A stretch of DNA of 64,000 nt from NCBI GenBank assembly GCA_937903325.1, contig CALCZR010000059.1, positions 151,547 through 215,546 of the forward strand. Direction: 5' to 3'. Positions 10,539 through 23,831 of this stretch are shown piece after piece. The DNA comes from an uncultured Candidatus Saccharibacteria bacterium (GTDB lineage: Bacteria; Patescibacteriota; Saccharimonadia; Saccharimonadales; AWTP1-31). Every line of letters starts with the position of its first letter. Within the stretch, counting starts at the first letter, position 1. A model generated the notes under the pieces. That model saw nothing but the letters and a program-made list of their open reading frames with translations. It ran no database searches and was not told where the DNA came from. The translations under genes were made by a program, and so were the position numbers.

Positions 10539-11345
10539 TTATCCCATAAGCTGATGGAGTCTCACTGTTAGGTGCGCGCGTGCTGCTCGCGCTGCGCGTT
10601 GCCAGTCCATCTTTTTGAACCGTTTCGCGAAGCTATCGTACATTTCGTTTTCTTCTTCGAAACGCGTACCGGACTTCGCCTTACTGGAGAATGAGTTGGC
10701 TGAACGACGATACTGAAATGTCACAGCATTATCTATATATAGCGAGCCGCCACCACAGAATATTTCAAACTGGGTAATAAGGTCTTGGGTATTGGGGTGT
10801 TTCTCGCTGAACCCGTATTTGCGTAGTGTTGATACCTTCCACATGAGTGAAGGGAAGTACGTCCAGTTGCCATGACAAAGTGAAGCAACAATCTTTTCAC
10901 CCTCGTGTATGCCTGCACGTCTTGGTCGTAGCAATTTCTTTATGCGGTCGGTAGTTGGCAGGTAAACGTTGTCATTCTCGTCGATAACATTAACTCCAGG
11001 CTGGTAGTAGTCGGCGGTACCAATATTTTTGAGTGCGGTTTCGACATATGTCGGTAGCATGATGTCGTCGCAGCCCATAATGACGCAGTACGGTGCGGTA
11101 GCTTTACTAACAGCGTAGTTGTAGTTCTTTACGAGACCTTGATTCTTTTTGTGCCGGTAATAACTGACACGCTTATCCGGGAACTTAGCATAGTACTGCT
11201 CGGCTTCCTTTGAAGGATAACAGTCATCTACGATGAGTAGTCGCCAGTTTTGTTCGGTTTGGCTCAGTACCGAATCCACGGCCTTCTTAAGAAGCGCAAA
11301 ATCTCCCCAGTACGGTAGTAGTATGTCTATCTTTGCTTTGCTCAT
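10539..11345 (-). CDS. GT2 glycosyltransferase
   Basis: IVDDC, NQGLVKNYN and GCDD motifs. Confidence 0.85.
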   Translation of the reverse strand: MSKAKIDILLPYWGDFALLKKAVDSVLSQTEQNWRLLIVDDCYPSKEAEQYYAKFPDKRVSYYRHKKNQGLVKNYNYAVSKATAPYCVIMGCDDIMLPTYVETALKNIGTADYYQPGVNVIDENDNVYLPTTDRIKKLLRPRRAGIHEGEKIVASLCHGNWTYFPSLMWKVSTLRKYGFSEKHPNTQDLITQFEIFCGGGSLYIDNAVTFQYRRSANSFSSKAKSGTRFEEENEMYDSFAKRFKKMDWQRAARAARAHLTVRLHQLMG

Positions 11346-11409
11346 TATCTTGCTGCATTATAACAAAACTGCTCTGGTTAAACAGGGCGACTCTGCTAGA
11401 ATGAACGTA

Positions 11410-12096
11410 ATGAGTACAAGCAACGTTGCGATAATCATTCCGGTGTATAACGAGGGCAAGGTCATCGCAAGTGTGGTTAAAAACGTACTAAAGCAATTCG
11501 ACTTTGTTGTTTGCGTTAACGACGGTAGCAAGGATAACTCCGAGTCTGAGATTGCTAAAACCAAAGCCCGGCTGGTTAATCATCCTGTTAACATGGGGCA
11601 AGGCGCAGCTCTGCAAACGGGGATAGAATATGCCCTGCAGTTTCCGCAAATTGAATACTTTGTAACCTTCGATGCAGATGGTCAGCACAGCCTAGCGGAT
11701 GCTCAGAAGATGCTGCAGTACCTGCAGAAGAATAAAGTAGATGTTGTACTGGGTTCCCGTTTCCTCGGCACCGCCAAGAACATGAGTAAACTCAAAAAAG
11801 TCATTCTCAAACTAGCCGTACGCTTCTCAAACGCAACTTCCGGCATTAAGCTCACTGACACGCACAACGGTCTCCGTGTGTTTAACAGAAAGTTTGCGGA
11901 GATTATTAATATAACCCAGTCTGACATGTCGCACGCCTCTGAGATTATCCAGCGCATTGCTGAAACTAAAACCCCCTTTAAGGAGCTGCCAGTTACGATT
12001 ACCTACACGGACTACACGGTTGCTAAAAGTCATAACCCGAACCTCAATGCCGTTAACATTGTCTTTGATACGTTGCTCAGAAAGTTGGTTAAATGA
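11410..12096 (+). CDS. GT2, polyprenol-phosphate (DPM1-like) glycosyltransferase
   Basis: IPVYNE, VNDGSKD, NMGQGAALQTG, FDADGQH, GSRF, DTHNGLR. Paired with a DUF2304 gene. Confidence 0.88.
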   Translation: MSTSNVAIIIPVYNEGKVIASVVKNVLKQFDFVVCVNDGSKDNSESEIAKTKARLVNHPVNMGQGAALQTGIEYALQFPQIEYFVTFDADGQHSLADAQKMLQYLQKNKVDVVLGSRFLGTAKNMSKLKKVILKLAVRFSNATSGIKLTDTHNGLRVFNRKFAEIINITQSDMSHASEIIQRIAETKTPFKELPVTITYTDYTVAKSHNPNLNAVNIVFDTLLRKLVK

Positions 12097-12443
12097 TCCT
12101 CATTCAAATACTGCTCGTTATAGTATTTGCGCTGCTCCTCATGCGAGTGCTGGTTAGTCCAAACAGCAGCCGGATTAAGGCATGGAAGAAGATTATTGCT
12201 TGCTTATTTGCGGTGTTCGCCGTTGTTGCGGTACTCTTCCCGGAGATCCTCGACGACCTGGCTCATGAAGTGGGTGTCGGGCGTGGCGCTGACCTACTGC
12301 TCTACTTACTCTGTGTCGCGTTCCTGTCATACGTTCTTAACCAGTATCTCCGCACCAAAGACGATGAATACCAGATCCACAAGCTAGCTCGTAAGATTGC
12401 ACTGCTTGAAGCAGAGCTCAAGACCAAAGCCGAAAAGAAGTAG
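12093..12443 (+). CDS. DUF2304-family membrane protein
   Basis: 3 TM helices, GVGRGADLLLY, C-terminal LARKIAL; overlaps the GT2 stop (ATGA). Confidence 0.8.
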   Translation: MILIQILLVIVFALLLMRVLVSPNSSRIKAWKKIIACLFAVFAVVAVLFPEILDDLAHEVGVGRGADLLLYLLCVAFLSYVLNQYLRTKDDEYQIHKLARKIALLEAELKTKAEKK

Positions 12444-12445
12444 GA

Positions 12446-13189
12446 CTACTTCCGCTTAGTAAGATGCTGCACACGAATCTGCGGTACAAGTACTAAGTTC
12501 TTAATGAGTGTACTCTTGGGAATTTTGGATTGGCCGTGCTGGCGGTCGGTAAATACAATGGGTATTTCTGAGAACGTGCGTGCATTCTGGAGGGCTTTGA
12601 ACTTAAGTTCAATAAGGAATCCGTATCCGGTTGCCCGAAGCTTATCCAGCTCGATAGCTTTAAGTAGCTTAGCGGAGTACATATTAAAGCCCCCCGTATA
12701 GTCAGTAACTTTCTGGCTTAAGAACGTACGAGCATAGAAGTTTCCGTAACGGCTGAGCAGCCGGCGGTGTAGTGGCCAGTCGGGTGTATCGCCACCCTTA
12801 ATGTAACGAGAGGCTACAACGAAATCGGTTTTTTCCTTGGCGGCTTTTACAAACGCAGGCAAGTAGGCAGGGTTATGAGACAGGTCGGCATCCATTTGCA
12901 ACACGTAATCCACGCCAGCGTTGAGCAAGTTCTTGAAGCCGGCAACACAGGCCCTGCCAAAGCCATCTTTTTCAGCACGTCTGTGAACGGTAACGGTGAA
13001 GGTTTTACGGTTCAGTTTCTTAGCTGCCTTCTCGACAATATCTGCCGTACCGTCTGGTGAATTGTCATCCACAACTACCACGGTTGTATCCAGGCCTGAG
13101 GTGTCTGCCAGAGCTTCAGAAATCTGGGTCAACAGAATAGCTATGTTGGTTGCTTCGTTGTATGTTGGTATCGATATGCCTAGTTTCAT
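12446..13189 (-). CDS. Polyprenol monophosphomannose synthase (Ppm1/DPM1-like GT2)
   Basis: IPTYNEA, VDDNSPDGT, QMDADLSH, ASRYIKGG, FTDRQHGQSK. Confidence 0.88.
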   Translation of the reverse strand: MKLGISIPTYNEATNIAILLTQISEALADTSGLDTTVVVVDDNSPDGTADIVEKAAKKLNRKTFTVTVHRRAEKDGFGRACVAGFKNLLNAGVDYVLQMDADLSHNPAYLPAFVKAAKEKTDFVVASRYIKGGDTPDWPLHRRLLSRYGNFYARTFLSQKVTDYTGGFNMYSAKLLKAIELDKLRATGYGFLIELKFKALQNARTFSEIPIVFTDRQHGQSKIPKSTLIKNLVLVPQIRVQHLTKRK

Positions 13190-13237
13190 TAACAAATTAT
13201 CCTGTTCGTTTTAGGTGTATTCCGCTATGGTTAGAGT

Positions 13238-13741
13238 ATGCTCCAAAAACTATGGAACCTCAAGGTTGTGCGCTTTCTGTGTGTTGGTGTTTGTAACACG
13301 TTACTTGATTTTATCATGCTCAATATTTTTGCATTTGTGATTGGTCTTCCCGTGCTGGTCGCCAACTTACTGTCGGTCTGTATTGGTGTCTCACTGTCTT
13401 ACTACCTCAACCACCACATCGTTTTTAGGCACACATATCCAGTGACCGCTAAGGCATATGCCAAGTTCTTTTTAATCACCGGCATCAGTATTCTGTGTAT
13501 ACAGACTGCCGTCATCTACCTTACAAGTCCCGTTATTAGTCATGAGCTCGGCATACTAGCAGCGAAGCTTCGATTCACAACTCGCCTTATCGAAGCCCAC
13601 GACGGACAACTCACCGTCAACATCGCCAAGGCTCTCGCTGTCCTTGTCGGAATGGTTTGGAACTACATACTATATAACAAGATCGTCTTTACTAAGGCTG
13701 GTAGTGAAGTTGTAGATCCCAAAGATAATCTACGGGAATAG
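13238..13741 (+). CDS. GtrA-family flippase-like protein
   Basis: RFLCVGVCNT, four TM helices, WNYILY...VF. Confidence 0.85.
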   Translation: MLQKLWNLKVVRFLCVGVCNTLLDFIMLNIFAFVIGLPVLVANLLSVCIGVSLSYYLNHHIVFRHTYPVTAKAYAKFFLITGISILCIQTAVIYLTSPVISHELGILAAKLRFTTRLIEAHDGQLTVNIAKALAVLVGMVWNYILYNKIVFTKAGSEVVDPKDNLRE

Positions 13742-13742
13742 G

Positions 13743-15062
13743 TTACTTTTTCGGTTTTAGGGTGATAGAAAATCCAACCGGATTCTCGGGCATTACTACC
13801 GTCTCAGTATTTCCCTTTGTCTGTATCTTTTGTACACCTTCACGGTAGGCTTGCCTAAAGTCCTGGAAGTTTTTGTTTATGACAAGGCTTCGTGTTTGCA
13901 CGGATGTCAGGAGTCCAAAGATAATGTAGCTAGCTAGTGCCGGGTAGCGCGTAGAAGGTCGTAAATACTCAAAGCTGAACTTTGCGAACATGATGTACAA
14001 GCCAATTATCCCAAAGATAAAGTAGCGGTCTCCACCAGTTGCACCTGCCATGAAGGCGATAGCTTTGACGGGGCTCTCGGAGATTACGATCGGACTTTTA
14101 AGCGAGGCGGCAGTCATGAGGGCAAAGAAAAAGAGCAGATACCGCGTTTGCTTATTGGCAGAACGGAGGGCCAAAAGACTCAGCAGTATACAAAGCCCTA
14201 CGACAAGGCCGGCCATGATAGCGCCGCTGCGCCCACTACGTAGTGCATAGTCCAATCGACCAAAACGTAGTGCTGGCATGACTATTTGGTTGTAGATTTC
14301 CAGGACGGTGTATTGGGAAGTGAGCAGTGCCTTGAATGTCACCACAGAACGTTCTGCGTGGGCCGTGAGGTAGGTGATGAGCTGCACGATACTGCCGAGT
14401 CCTGCAATGACAAGGTAGACATTGTTCTTAGCTTTAAATCGCCAACGCTCAAAGACCAAGATAGGGAGGTAGAAGAACGCAAAGGGCAGGGTAAAGCATG
14501 ACAAAGCAAATAGCACGGCTTCTGCTATCCGGACACCTTTACGTTGAGACGGCTTAGCAATGACGAGCAGCACACCAATGATACCGAGTAGGAATATGGA
14601 GTTAGAAAAGTTAAAGAAAAACTCTTCGACATTAGCGATTAAACACAGTGCCAACATAACGAACAATCTTTGGTAGGTGCCCTCGAGAATCTTGGTGCGA
14701 TTACTGAACAAGTACCACACAGTGACACAGAACAATACCAGCGCTGCTATGTTAAACAGAAAAGGAGCAAACTGCAGTGGCAGCTGCGCCATGACGAGAC
14801 CAAAGATACGCTCAGGCAAGTGGAAGAAGCCATTAAGGGGAGTTACGAGAGAACTGAGTCCTTTATTGTAGCCATCTGCCAGCCAGATAAAACCATCTTC
14901 GGCATACAGTTGAGGACGGGCGATATATTTCCAGGCGCGTGCAGTATACGCTAGACCAGTGATGACTACAGCAAGCCATGGATTGGCAATCCAACCTCTC
15001 AGTAGCTTGCGCTGGGGAGCGAATCGCTTAGACAAGTTTGTGGAGATATTCACCGTACCCAC
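13743..15062 (-). CDS. Multi-pass membrane protein, putative GT-C/Gtr-type glycosyltransferase
   Basis: PQLYAEDG acidic loop after TM1, about 10 TMs, DRYF motif; adjacent to Ppm1-like and GtrA genes. Confidence 0.65.
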   Translation of the reverse strand: MGTVNISTNLSKRFAPQRKLLRGWIANPWLAVVITGLAYTARAWKYIARPQLYAEDGFIWLADGYNKGLSSLVTPLNGFFHLPERIFGLVMAQLPLQFAPFLFNIAALVLFCVTVWYLFSNRTKILEGTYQRLFVMLALCLIANVEEFFFNFSNSIFLLGIIGVLLVIAKPSQRKGVRIAEAVLFALSCFTLPFAFFYLPILVFERWRFKAKNNVYLVIAGLGSIVQLITYLTAHAERSVVTFKALLTSQYTVLEIYNQIVMPALRFGRLDYALRSGRSGAIMAGLVVGLCILLSLLALRSANKQTRYLLFFFALMTAASLKSPIVISESPVKAIAFMAGATGGDRYFIFGIIGLYIMFAKFSFEYLRPSTRYPALASYIIFGLLTSVQTRSLVINKNFQDFRQAYREGVQKIQTKGNTETVVMPENPVGFSITLKPKK

Positions 15063-15885
15063 TCTTCTTTAGCTCCTCTGCAATCTGCGTCAACTCTTCT
15101 TTTGTTATCCAGCCATTGCGGTAGGCAATCTCTTCGATGCAACCGACCTTAATACCTTGGCGTTCTTCAATGACTTGTACGAACTGACTAGCTTGGTTCA
15201 TGCTGGCAAAGGTGCCGGTATCAAGCCATGCAGTACCGCGGTCAAGCAAGCAGACTTTGAGCTTTCCTTCTTGCAGGTAGGCATCCAAGACTGAGGTAAT
15301 CTCAACTTCCCCACGCTCACTTGGCTGTACATTCTTGGCGATCTCTACGACATTGTTATCGCAGAAATATAGTCCAGCATTAGCGTAGTTAGACTTGGGG
15401 TGTTCTGGCTTTTCTTCAATGGACAGAACATTCATTTGCTCGTCGAATTCATAGACGCCGTAACGTTCGGGGTCGGCAACCGGAGCGGCAAAACCTACGG
15501 CGCCATCTATATCGGTAAAGCTTTGTAGCTGCTGGTCCATCTGTGAACCATAGAAGATGTTATCGCCAAGAATCATGGCTACTTTGTCGTCACCAATAAA
15601 TTCAGCACCAATAATAAAGGCCTGAGCTAGTCCACCTGGTGTAGGTTGTGCTTCGTAGGACAGGCTAATGCCAAGCTCTGAACCATCGCCAAGCAAGTTT
15701 TTAAACTGCTCCTGGTCATGTGGTGTAGTAATAATAAGAATCTCACGAATACCAGCGCTCATGAGAGTGCTCAGCGGGTAGTAGATCATAGGCTTGTCGT
15801 AGAGTGGTACAAGCTGTTTAGAGATGGCCTTAGTAATAGGGTAGAGACGTGTTCCGGTACCGCCGGCGAGAATTATGCCCTTCAT
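15028..15885 (-). CDS. rfbA: Glucose-1-phosphate thymidylyltransferase
   Basis: [38 protein letters not shown]. Confidence 0.97.
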   Translation of the reverse strand: MKGIILAGGTGTRLYPITKAISKQLVPLYDKPMIYYPLSTLMSAGIREILIITTPHDQEQFKNLLGDGSELGISLSYEAQPTPGGLAQAFIIGAEFIGDDKVAMILGDNIFYGSQMDQQLQSFTDIDGAVGFAAPVADPERYGVYEFDEQMNVLSIEEKPEHPKSNYANAGLYFCDNNVVEIAKNVQPSERGEVEITSVLDAYLQEGKLKVCLLDRGTAWLDTGTFASMNQASQFVQVIEERQGIKVGCIEEIAYRNGWITKEELTQIAEELKKSGYGEYLHKLV

Positions 15886-16736
15886 TTGTTCTGCTCCTTT
15901 TGAATGTACTTAGCTAAATCTTCTTTCCAATCAACTGATGTAAAGCCAGTGGCCTGAATCTTCCCAAGATCGAGGGTGCTTTGCAGTGGCCGTAGTGCGA
16001 TACCTTCTTTGCTGGCAAAGTATTCGGCAGTAGTCGTATTAGTGACGGTGTTGTCGACACCCGCTAGCTTGAAGATCTCACGCGTAACATCTGCCCAACT
16101 TACCACATTACCGTCGTTAGTCAGGTTGTATGTACCGAACGGTGCTTTGGTAGTAAGTAGATGGTCAATGGCCCGGACAAGTTCACTGGTAAATGTTAGT
16201 CGACCGATTTGGTCATGCACAACACTTGGGTTTACGCCTTTCTCGGCGAGCCCCAGCATGGTGCGGACAAAGTTTTTACCTTCACCAATAACCCAGCTAG
16301 TACGCAAGATGTAGTGCTGATCTAACTGACCAACTAACAAGTCGCCGGCAGCCTTGCTCGCCCCATAGACTGAAAGGGGGCTAAAGTTCTCATCTTCTGT
16401 GTGTGAGGTTTGCGTACCGTCAAAAACGTAGTCAGTAGAGATGTGGATGACGGTCAGATTATTATGCCACGCAGAGTGAATCAGGTTTGCTGCACCACGA
16501 GCGTTAACTCTCCACGCTGCAATACGTCCTTCTGGCGTCTCGGCACCGTCTACATTGGTATAGCCAGCGGCGTTAATAATAACTTTTGTCTTACTCCAGT
16601 CGAAACTATTAACCGCATCCAAGTCAGTAATATCGAGCTCTTCACTATCGACAGCCCGTGCGCCTGGATACTGTGCTTGCAAAGCAGTTCCGAGTTGCCC
16701 ACCTGCACCAACAATGAGGATCTGTGAATCATCCAT
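15882..16736 (-). CDS. rfbD: dTDP-4-dehydrorhamnose reductase
   Basis: [32 protein letters not shown]. Confidence 0.93.
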   Translation of the reverse strand: MDDSQILIVGAGGQLGTALQAQYPGARAVDSEELDITDLDAVNSFDWSKTKVIINAAGYTNVDGAETPEGRIAAWRVNARGAANLIHSAWHNNLTVIHISTDYVFDGTQTSHTEDENFSPLSVYGASKAAGDLLVGQLDQHYILRTSWVIGEGKNFVRTMLGLAEKGVNPSVVHDQIGRLTFTSELVRAIDHLLTTKAPFGTYNLTNDGNVVSWADVTREIFKLAGVDNTVTNTTTAEYFASKEGIALRPLQSTLDLGKIQATGFTSVDWKEDLAKYIQKEQNK

Positions 16737-16739
16737 AGG

Positions 16740-17287
16740 TTACAGCTCTTTTAGGGTTGGGTTATTACGATCTTTCTCGGACAGTATCATCCCCTCCCCA
16801 TCTTTAATTGGCCAGTCAATGTTAAGTTCTGGATCAAGGGGGTTGCATGCTATACCGGGCATATCAGGACGCCATTCTTGCTCGAAGTAGTATAGGTACA
16901 CAGACGGTTCGTCACTTACGGATTGGAATGAATTGCCAAGGCCTTTACTGACAAATAGCCCGTTGCCGCGAGTAAGCTCAAAGCCTTCCCACTTACCATA
17001 TGTGGAAGAGTCTTTTCGAAGGTCAACAATTACAGCGTATACCTTGCCACTGGCAACAGACACAAGCTTGTGGGCAAACTCTGCGTGAATGCCACGGAGC
17101 CCGCCTTTTACGGTCATTGGAGCATTAACGTGCGGACGTTCTCCTAACGTAGGCAGGCCGGAGGCTGCGAATTCTGACTGACGGTAGAACTCCATGACCG
17201 AGCCACGATCATCCTCAAATAGCTTGAACTTGACGGAGAATAATCCTTCAATGCTTGTAGGTGTAGTTTCAAAAGTCGTTTGGTTCA

Positions 17288-17288
<1 letters not shown>
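16740..17288 (-). CDS. rfbC: dTDP-4-dehydrorhamnose 3,5-epimerase
   Basis: DDRG, LRGIH, VDLRKDS, DPELNIDWP, LSEKD. Confidence 0.92.
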
Positions 17289-19656
<2,368 letters not shown>

Positions 19657-19759
19657 TGTTATCCTCCGTTACCAGTATACGCTGACAAGCTAAACATAGT
19701 GTTGTGTAATCTGTGGTATGTGGTGAAAAACAATAGGTTTGTTGCTGTCCAAAGTCTGT

Positions 19760-20758
19760 TTAGATTTTAGACTTTTGTGCCCAGACCCAAGCATCTCTGA
19801 CGGCATCCTCGGTAGTTTTAGTAGCGTGCCAGTCAAGTTCTTGCTGTGCTTTATCGGCGATAGCGTAGTAGGCAGTGGGATCACCGGCACGTCGCTCACC
19901 TAAGACACGTGGAACGGTTACATTATTGACTTTCTCAAACGAGCGGATAAGTTCCAAGACGCTGGTAGGGTTACCAGTTCCAATATTGTATATGTGGAAC
20001 CCTGCTTTGCCGTGATCCAGAGCTGCGACATGAGCCTTGGCTAGGTCTACCACATGGATATAGTCGCGCAAACAAGTGCCGTCCGGCGTAGGATAGTCAG
20101 TGCCGTATACCGTAAGTGGCGGAATCTTACCAGTTGTTGCCTGTACGATAATAGGCAACAGGTTTTGTGGCTTGCCCTTGGGCAGCTCACCAATCTTGGC
20201 TGATTCGTGGCCGCCCACAACATTGAAATAGCGAAGCGCTGTTCCGGATATCTCCGGATTGGCAGCACATAGGTCACGCAGTACAATCTCATTCATGTAC
20301 TTCGACCAACCATATGGTGACTCGGGGGCACAGGGAGTTTCTTCAGTGACGGTGTCACTAGGTGGATTACCGTACACTGCAGCGGTAGACGAGAATATAA
20401 ACTGCCTAATGCCCGCTTGCTCGCTTGCCTGAAGCAACTGGATAAAGCCCGCAACATTATTGTCGTAATACTTAAGAGGGTCCAGAACTGATTCACCGAC
20501 GGCCTTAAAGGCAGCAAAGTGGATGATGGCATCAATAGATTCATCCTGGAATATACGCGTTAGCAGAGAAGTATCCTGGAAGTCACCTTCATAAAAGGTC
20601 GGCTTGGTGCCGGTAATTGCCGCAATTCCATCAAGCACAGACGTATCTGAGTTGCTCAGGTTATCCAGTAGTACCGGACGATACCCTGCATTTAGTAGCT
20701 CTACCGTCGTATGTGATCCGATGAATCCAAGCCCGCCCGTCACTAATACACTTTTCAT
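19760..20758 (-). CDS. galE: UDP-glucose 4-epimerase
   Basis: GGLGFIGSH, FKAVGESV, LRYFN, DGTCLRDYIHVVDLA. Start at ATG 20758. Confidence 0.93.
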   Translation of the reverse strand: MKSVLVTGGLGFIGSHTTVELLNAGYRPVLLDNLSNSDTSVLDGIAAITGTKPTFYEGDFQDTSLLTRIFQDESIDAIIHFAAFKAVGESVLDPLKYYDNNVAGFIQLLQASEQAGIRQFIFSSTAAVYGNPPSDTVTEETPCAPESPYGWSKYMNEIVLRDLCAANPEISGTALRYFNVVGGHESAKIGELPKGKPQNLLPIIVQATTGKIPPLTVYGTDYPTPDGTCLRDYIHVVDLAKAHVAALDHGKAGFHIYNIGTGNPTSVLELIRSFEKVNNVTVPRVLGERRAGDPTAYYAIADKAQQELDWHATKTTEDAVRDAWVWAQKSKI

Positions 20759-20816
20759 GGTCACTCCGTTTATACTTCTTATACTGCTACAATAAGAGCT
20801 GATAAAAGGGAAGTCA

Positions 20817-21797
20817 ATGAAGCTAGTCGTTGTATCTATTTGTAAGGATGAAGCCAAGACCATTGGTGAATTACTAGATAGAATACCGAGCAAAATACCG
20901 GGGATCACCACCATCGAAAAGTGGGTTATTGACGACGGGAGTACTGACCAGACCGCAGGCATAGCTCGTAAGCACGGTGCCAAGGTTCACGGCGGGGGGA
21001 TTAGTAAAAAGTTGGCGTTTCGATTTCGTGAAGCAGTAGACCTTGCACTTTCCCGCGATGCTGACGTGCTCGTTAATATTGACGGGGATCTACAGTTTGC
21101 ACCCGAAGATATTCCTCAGTTTGTAGCCCCTATCGTTGATGACACAGCCGATTTCGTTGCCGCAGACCGGTTTACTAACCCAACAACTGGCAGCCTGGAG
21201 CGCCCGGCTAATATGCCAGCCGGCAAGTATTACGGTAATAAGCTGGGAGCCTGGGTAACTGGAAAACTCAGTGGCCAGAAGTTTAACGATGTCACTTGTG
21301 GCTTCCGTGCATATAATCGACACGCTCTTGTAGCTATTAATACTAACGGTACGCATACCTATACTCAGGAAACATTCCAAGTCCTAGCCATGAAGCGTAT
21401 GCGTATCCAAGCTGTGCCTGTGCATGTTACCTACTATCCGGATCGGACCTCGCGAGTCGTAACTAGTATCCCGGCGTATGTGGCTTTGAGTGCACTCAAT
21501 ATTTTGCGATCGTACCGAGACTTTGCTCCACTGAGATTCTTTGGCTGGCTCGGTCTACTACCATCTCTTCTAGGCATTCCGTGTCTTATCTTTACAGTCA
21601 TTCACTGGTCTGCAACGGGCGAGCTTAGCCCATACAAATTCGTTGGCTTTCTGGGTGCCTACCTATTTACGCTGAGCCTGATCGTGTGGGCAATCGGGTT
21701 ACTTGCGGATATGCAGGTGCGTTTGCTCAACAACCAAGAAAAAATCTACGAGAGCATTAAAGATATTAAGTACCCACGTAATAAGGACAAGTCCTGA
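20817..21797 (+). CDS. GT2 polyprenol-phosphate glycosyltransferase with C-terminal TM hairpin
   Basis: IDDGSTD, IDGDLQF, DVTCGFRAY, two C-terminal TMs. Confidence 0.85.
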   Translation: MKLVVVSICKDEAKTIGELLDRIPSKIPGITTIEKWVIDDGSTDQTAGIARKHGAKVHGGGISKKLAFRFREAVDLALSRDADVLVNIDGDLQFAPEDIPQFVAPIVDDTADFVAADRFTNPTTGSLERPANMPAGKYYGNKLGAWVTGKLSGQKFNDVTCGFRAYNRHALVAINTNGTHTYTQETFQVLAMKRMRIQAVPVHVTYYPDRTSRVVTSIPAYVALSALNILRSYRDFAPLRFFGWLGLLPSLLGIPCLIFTVIHWSATGELSPYKFVGFLGAYLFTLSLIVWAIGLLADMQVRLLNNQEKIYESIKDIKYPRNKDKS

Positions 21798-21802
21798 GGC
21801 CG

Positions 21803-22888
21803 ATGAAGCGGATATTGTTTGTCACACGTTGTTTTCCACCATCCCCAGGTGGCATGGAGCGCTTTGCTAAAGATGTCTACGATGCGCTTAGTCCCAAAGC
21901 AGAACTCTATACCTACACATGGTCTGGTTCTCGCCTGGCTCTTTTTGTGGTACTGCCATACTTTTTTGTCCGCTCTTTCTGGACACTACTAACAAAGAAA
22001 GTGGATGTTATACATGCCCAGGACGGCGTGGTGTCTATTATGCTGCTGCCCCTGGCAAAACTGTTCCGTCGCCCAATGGTGGTGGTTATCCATGGGTTGG
22101 ACATAACCTACAGACTCTGGCTATTCCAAGTACTCATTAAATGGTCCCTTAAGAACGCTGACACCATTATTTGTATTAGTAGTGCAGCCAAGGCCGAGGT
22201 TGTGAGCCGAGGTGTGGATGAGCAAAAAACCACGGTTATCCCGATTGGCGTAACTGACGATCTGTTCGATTCAGACCACAAAGCGGCTCGTCGAAGTATT
22301 AGCGAAGTAGTAACAAACCTGGGTGACCACAAGCTCTTACTAAGCAGTGGCCGACTTATTGAGCGCAAGGGTCTGGCGTGGTTTGTGAGTAATGTTATGC
22401 CACTGGTGGTGGTCAGCCGTCCCGATACCATGCTGGTAATTAGTGGTGAAGGTCCATGGCGCGAGCCTATTGAGAAGGCTATACACGATACTGAGCTGTC
22501 GGATAAGGTTGTGTTACTCGGCAGGACAAGCGATGAACTACTAAAGAACCTTTATAATGCAGCTGACTGTTTTGTGATGCCCAATATTCCTGTTCCTGGA
22601 GATATGGAAGGATTTGGGCGAGTGCTCATTGAAGCTGCCCTGTGTGAGGTACCGGTGGTTGCGAGTGGTATAGAGGGCATTACCGATGCTATTCATGACG
22701 GTAAAAACGGTACATTAGTACCGGCCGAGAATCCCAAGCGGCACGCTCAGGCAATCTTAAAGGTGCTGGGTGATACTAAGGCACGACACACGGTAGGCGT
22801 AAAAGCTCGTGAGTATTCACTGCAAACTTTTGGCTGGGATGCAATCATTAGCCAATACCTACGAATATATGATGAAATAGGAAGATAA
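21803..22888 (+). CDS. GT4 glycosyltransferase
   Basis: FPPSPGGME, GRLIERKG, EGFGRVLIEA. Confidence 0.9.
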   Translation: MKRILFVTRCFPPSPGGMERFAKDVYDALSPKAELYTYTWSGSRLALFVVLPYFFVRSFWTLLTKKVDVIHAQDGVVSIMLLPLAKLFRRPMVVVIHGLDITYRLWLFQVLIKWSLKNADTIICISSAAKAEVVSRGVDEQKTTVIPIGVTDDLFDSDHKAARRSISEVVTNLGDHKLLLSSGRLIERKGLAWFVSNVMPLVVVSRPDTMLVISGEGPWREPIEKAIHDTELSDKVVLLGRTSDELLKNLYNAADCFVMPNIPVPGDMEGFGRVLIEAALCEVPVVASGIEGITDAIHDGKNGTLVPAENPKRHAQAILKVLGDTKARHTVGVKAREYSLQTFGWDAIISQYLRIYDEIGR

Positions 22889-22892
22889 AAAT

Positions 22893-23831
22893 ATGAAGTT
22901 TATAAGAAAGTACCAAAAAGCTTTACTCGTCCTAGTAGTCGTCATTTTATACATTGGCTACTATCTACTTAATCGCTCTGATTTTGCGCAGCTCAGCCAT
23001 ATCAATAAAGGCGACTTACTACTTGTGGGACTGGGATATCTGGTCATTGTCATAACCAACGGATTGTTCATTAAGCTGGTGGTGCGTCCGTTTAAGGTAC
23101 AACTTTCAGCTTACGAGAGTATTCGTGTTTCACTCATATCTTCACTTGGTAACTTTTTTGCGTCTTCTGGTGCGGGGCTTGGATTTAGGGCAGTGTACCT
23201 CAAGAAACGACATGGTTTGGGTTACCAACAGTACATAACCACGCTCTATGGTAATTATCTTCTGACTTTTATTATTAATGCCATTGCTGGGCTCGTCAGC
23301 TTACTGCTTGCACCCCAAAAAGGCGGAACAGTCTACTGGTTGGCCGTTGCATTCTTTGCAGTCCTGGCATGTTCGTCGGCAGCACTGTGTTTTGTACCGA
23401 TTCGAGCGACTCATAGGAAGGGAATCCTAGGCAAGGTGGCAAAAGTGTTGCACCAAATGACGAGTGGGTGGAAGGTACTTGCTCGAGACTACCGTTTACT
23501 AGCTGGACTGACTGGGCTAGTGACCTTACAGCTAGCTATAACCATGCTTATCTTGCGCGCAGAGGTTGCGGCACTTGGTTTGTCAGTAGGGGTGTCAGGC
23601 CTGCTATTCTTGAGTGTGCTGGGTGCACTTAGTGTCTTCATTAGTGTTACGCCAGCTAATATAGGTGTTAAGGAGGGTGTATACCTTCTAACTGCCAGTA
23701 TTGTTGGCCTGACTACTGTGCAGATTCTATCAATCGCGCTGATTGACCGTGGCGTACTGTTTATTACGCTTGGTTTGCTATGGCTTGTTGTTGGAAAGAG
23801 CCGTGAGAAAGAAAAGGGAAGTAATGCGTAA
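22893..23831 (+). CDS. Lysylphosphatidylglycerol synthase TM-domain (UPF0104 flippase-like) protein
   Basis: About 8 TMs, TPANIGVKEG, ALIDR. Confidence 0.8.
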   Translation: MKFIRKYQKALLVLVVVILYIGYYLLNRSDFAQLSHINKGDLLLVGLGYLVIVITNGLFIKLVVRPFKVQLSAYESIRVSLISSLGNFFASSGAGLGFRAVYLKKRHGLGYQQYITTLYGNYLLTFIINAIAGLVSLLLAPQKGGTVYWLAVAFFAVLACSSAALCFVPIRATHRKGILGKVAKVLHQMTSGWKVLARDYRLLAGLTGLVTLQLAITMLILRAEVAALGLSVGVSGLLFLSVLGALSVFISVTPANIGVKEGVYLLTASIVGLTTVQILSIALIDRGVLFITLGLLWLVVGKSREKEKGSNA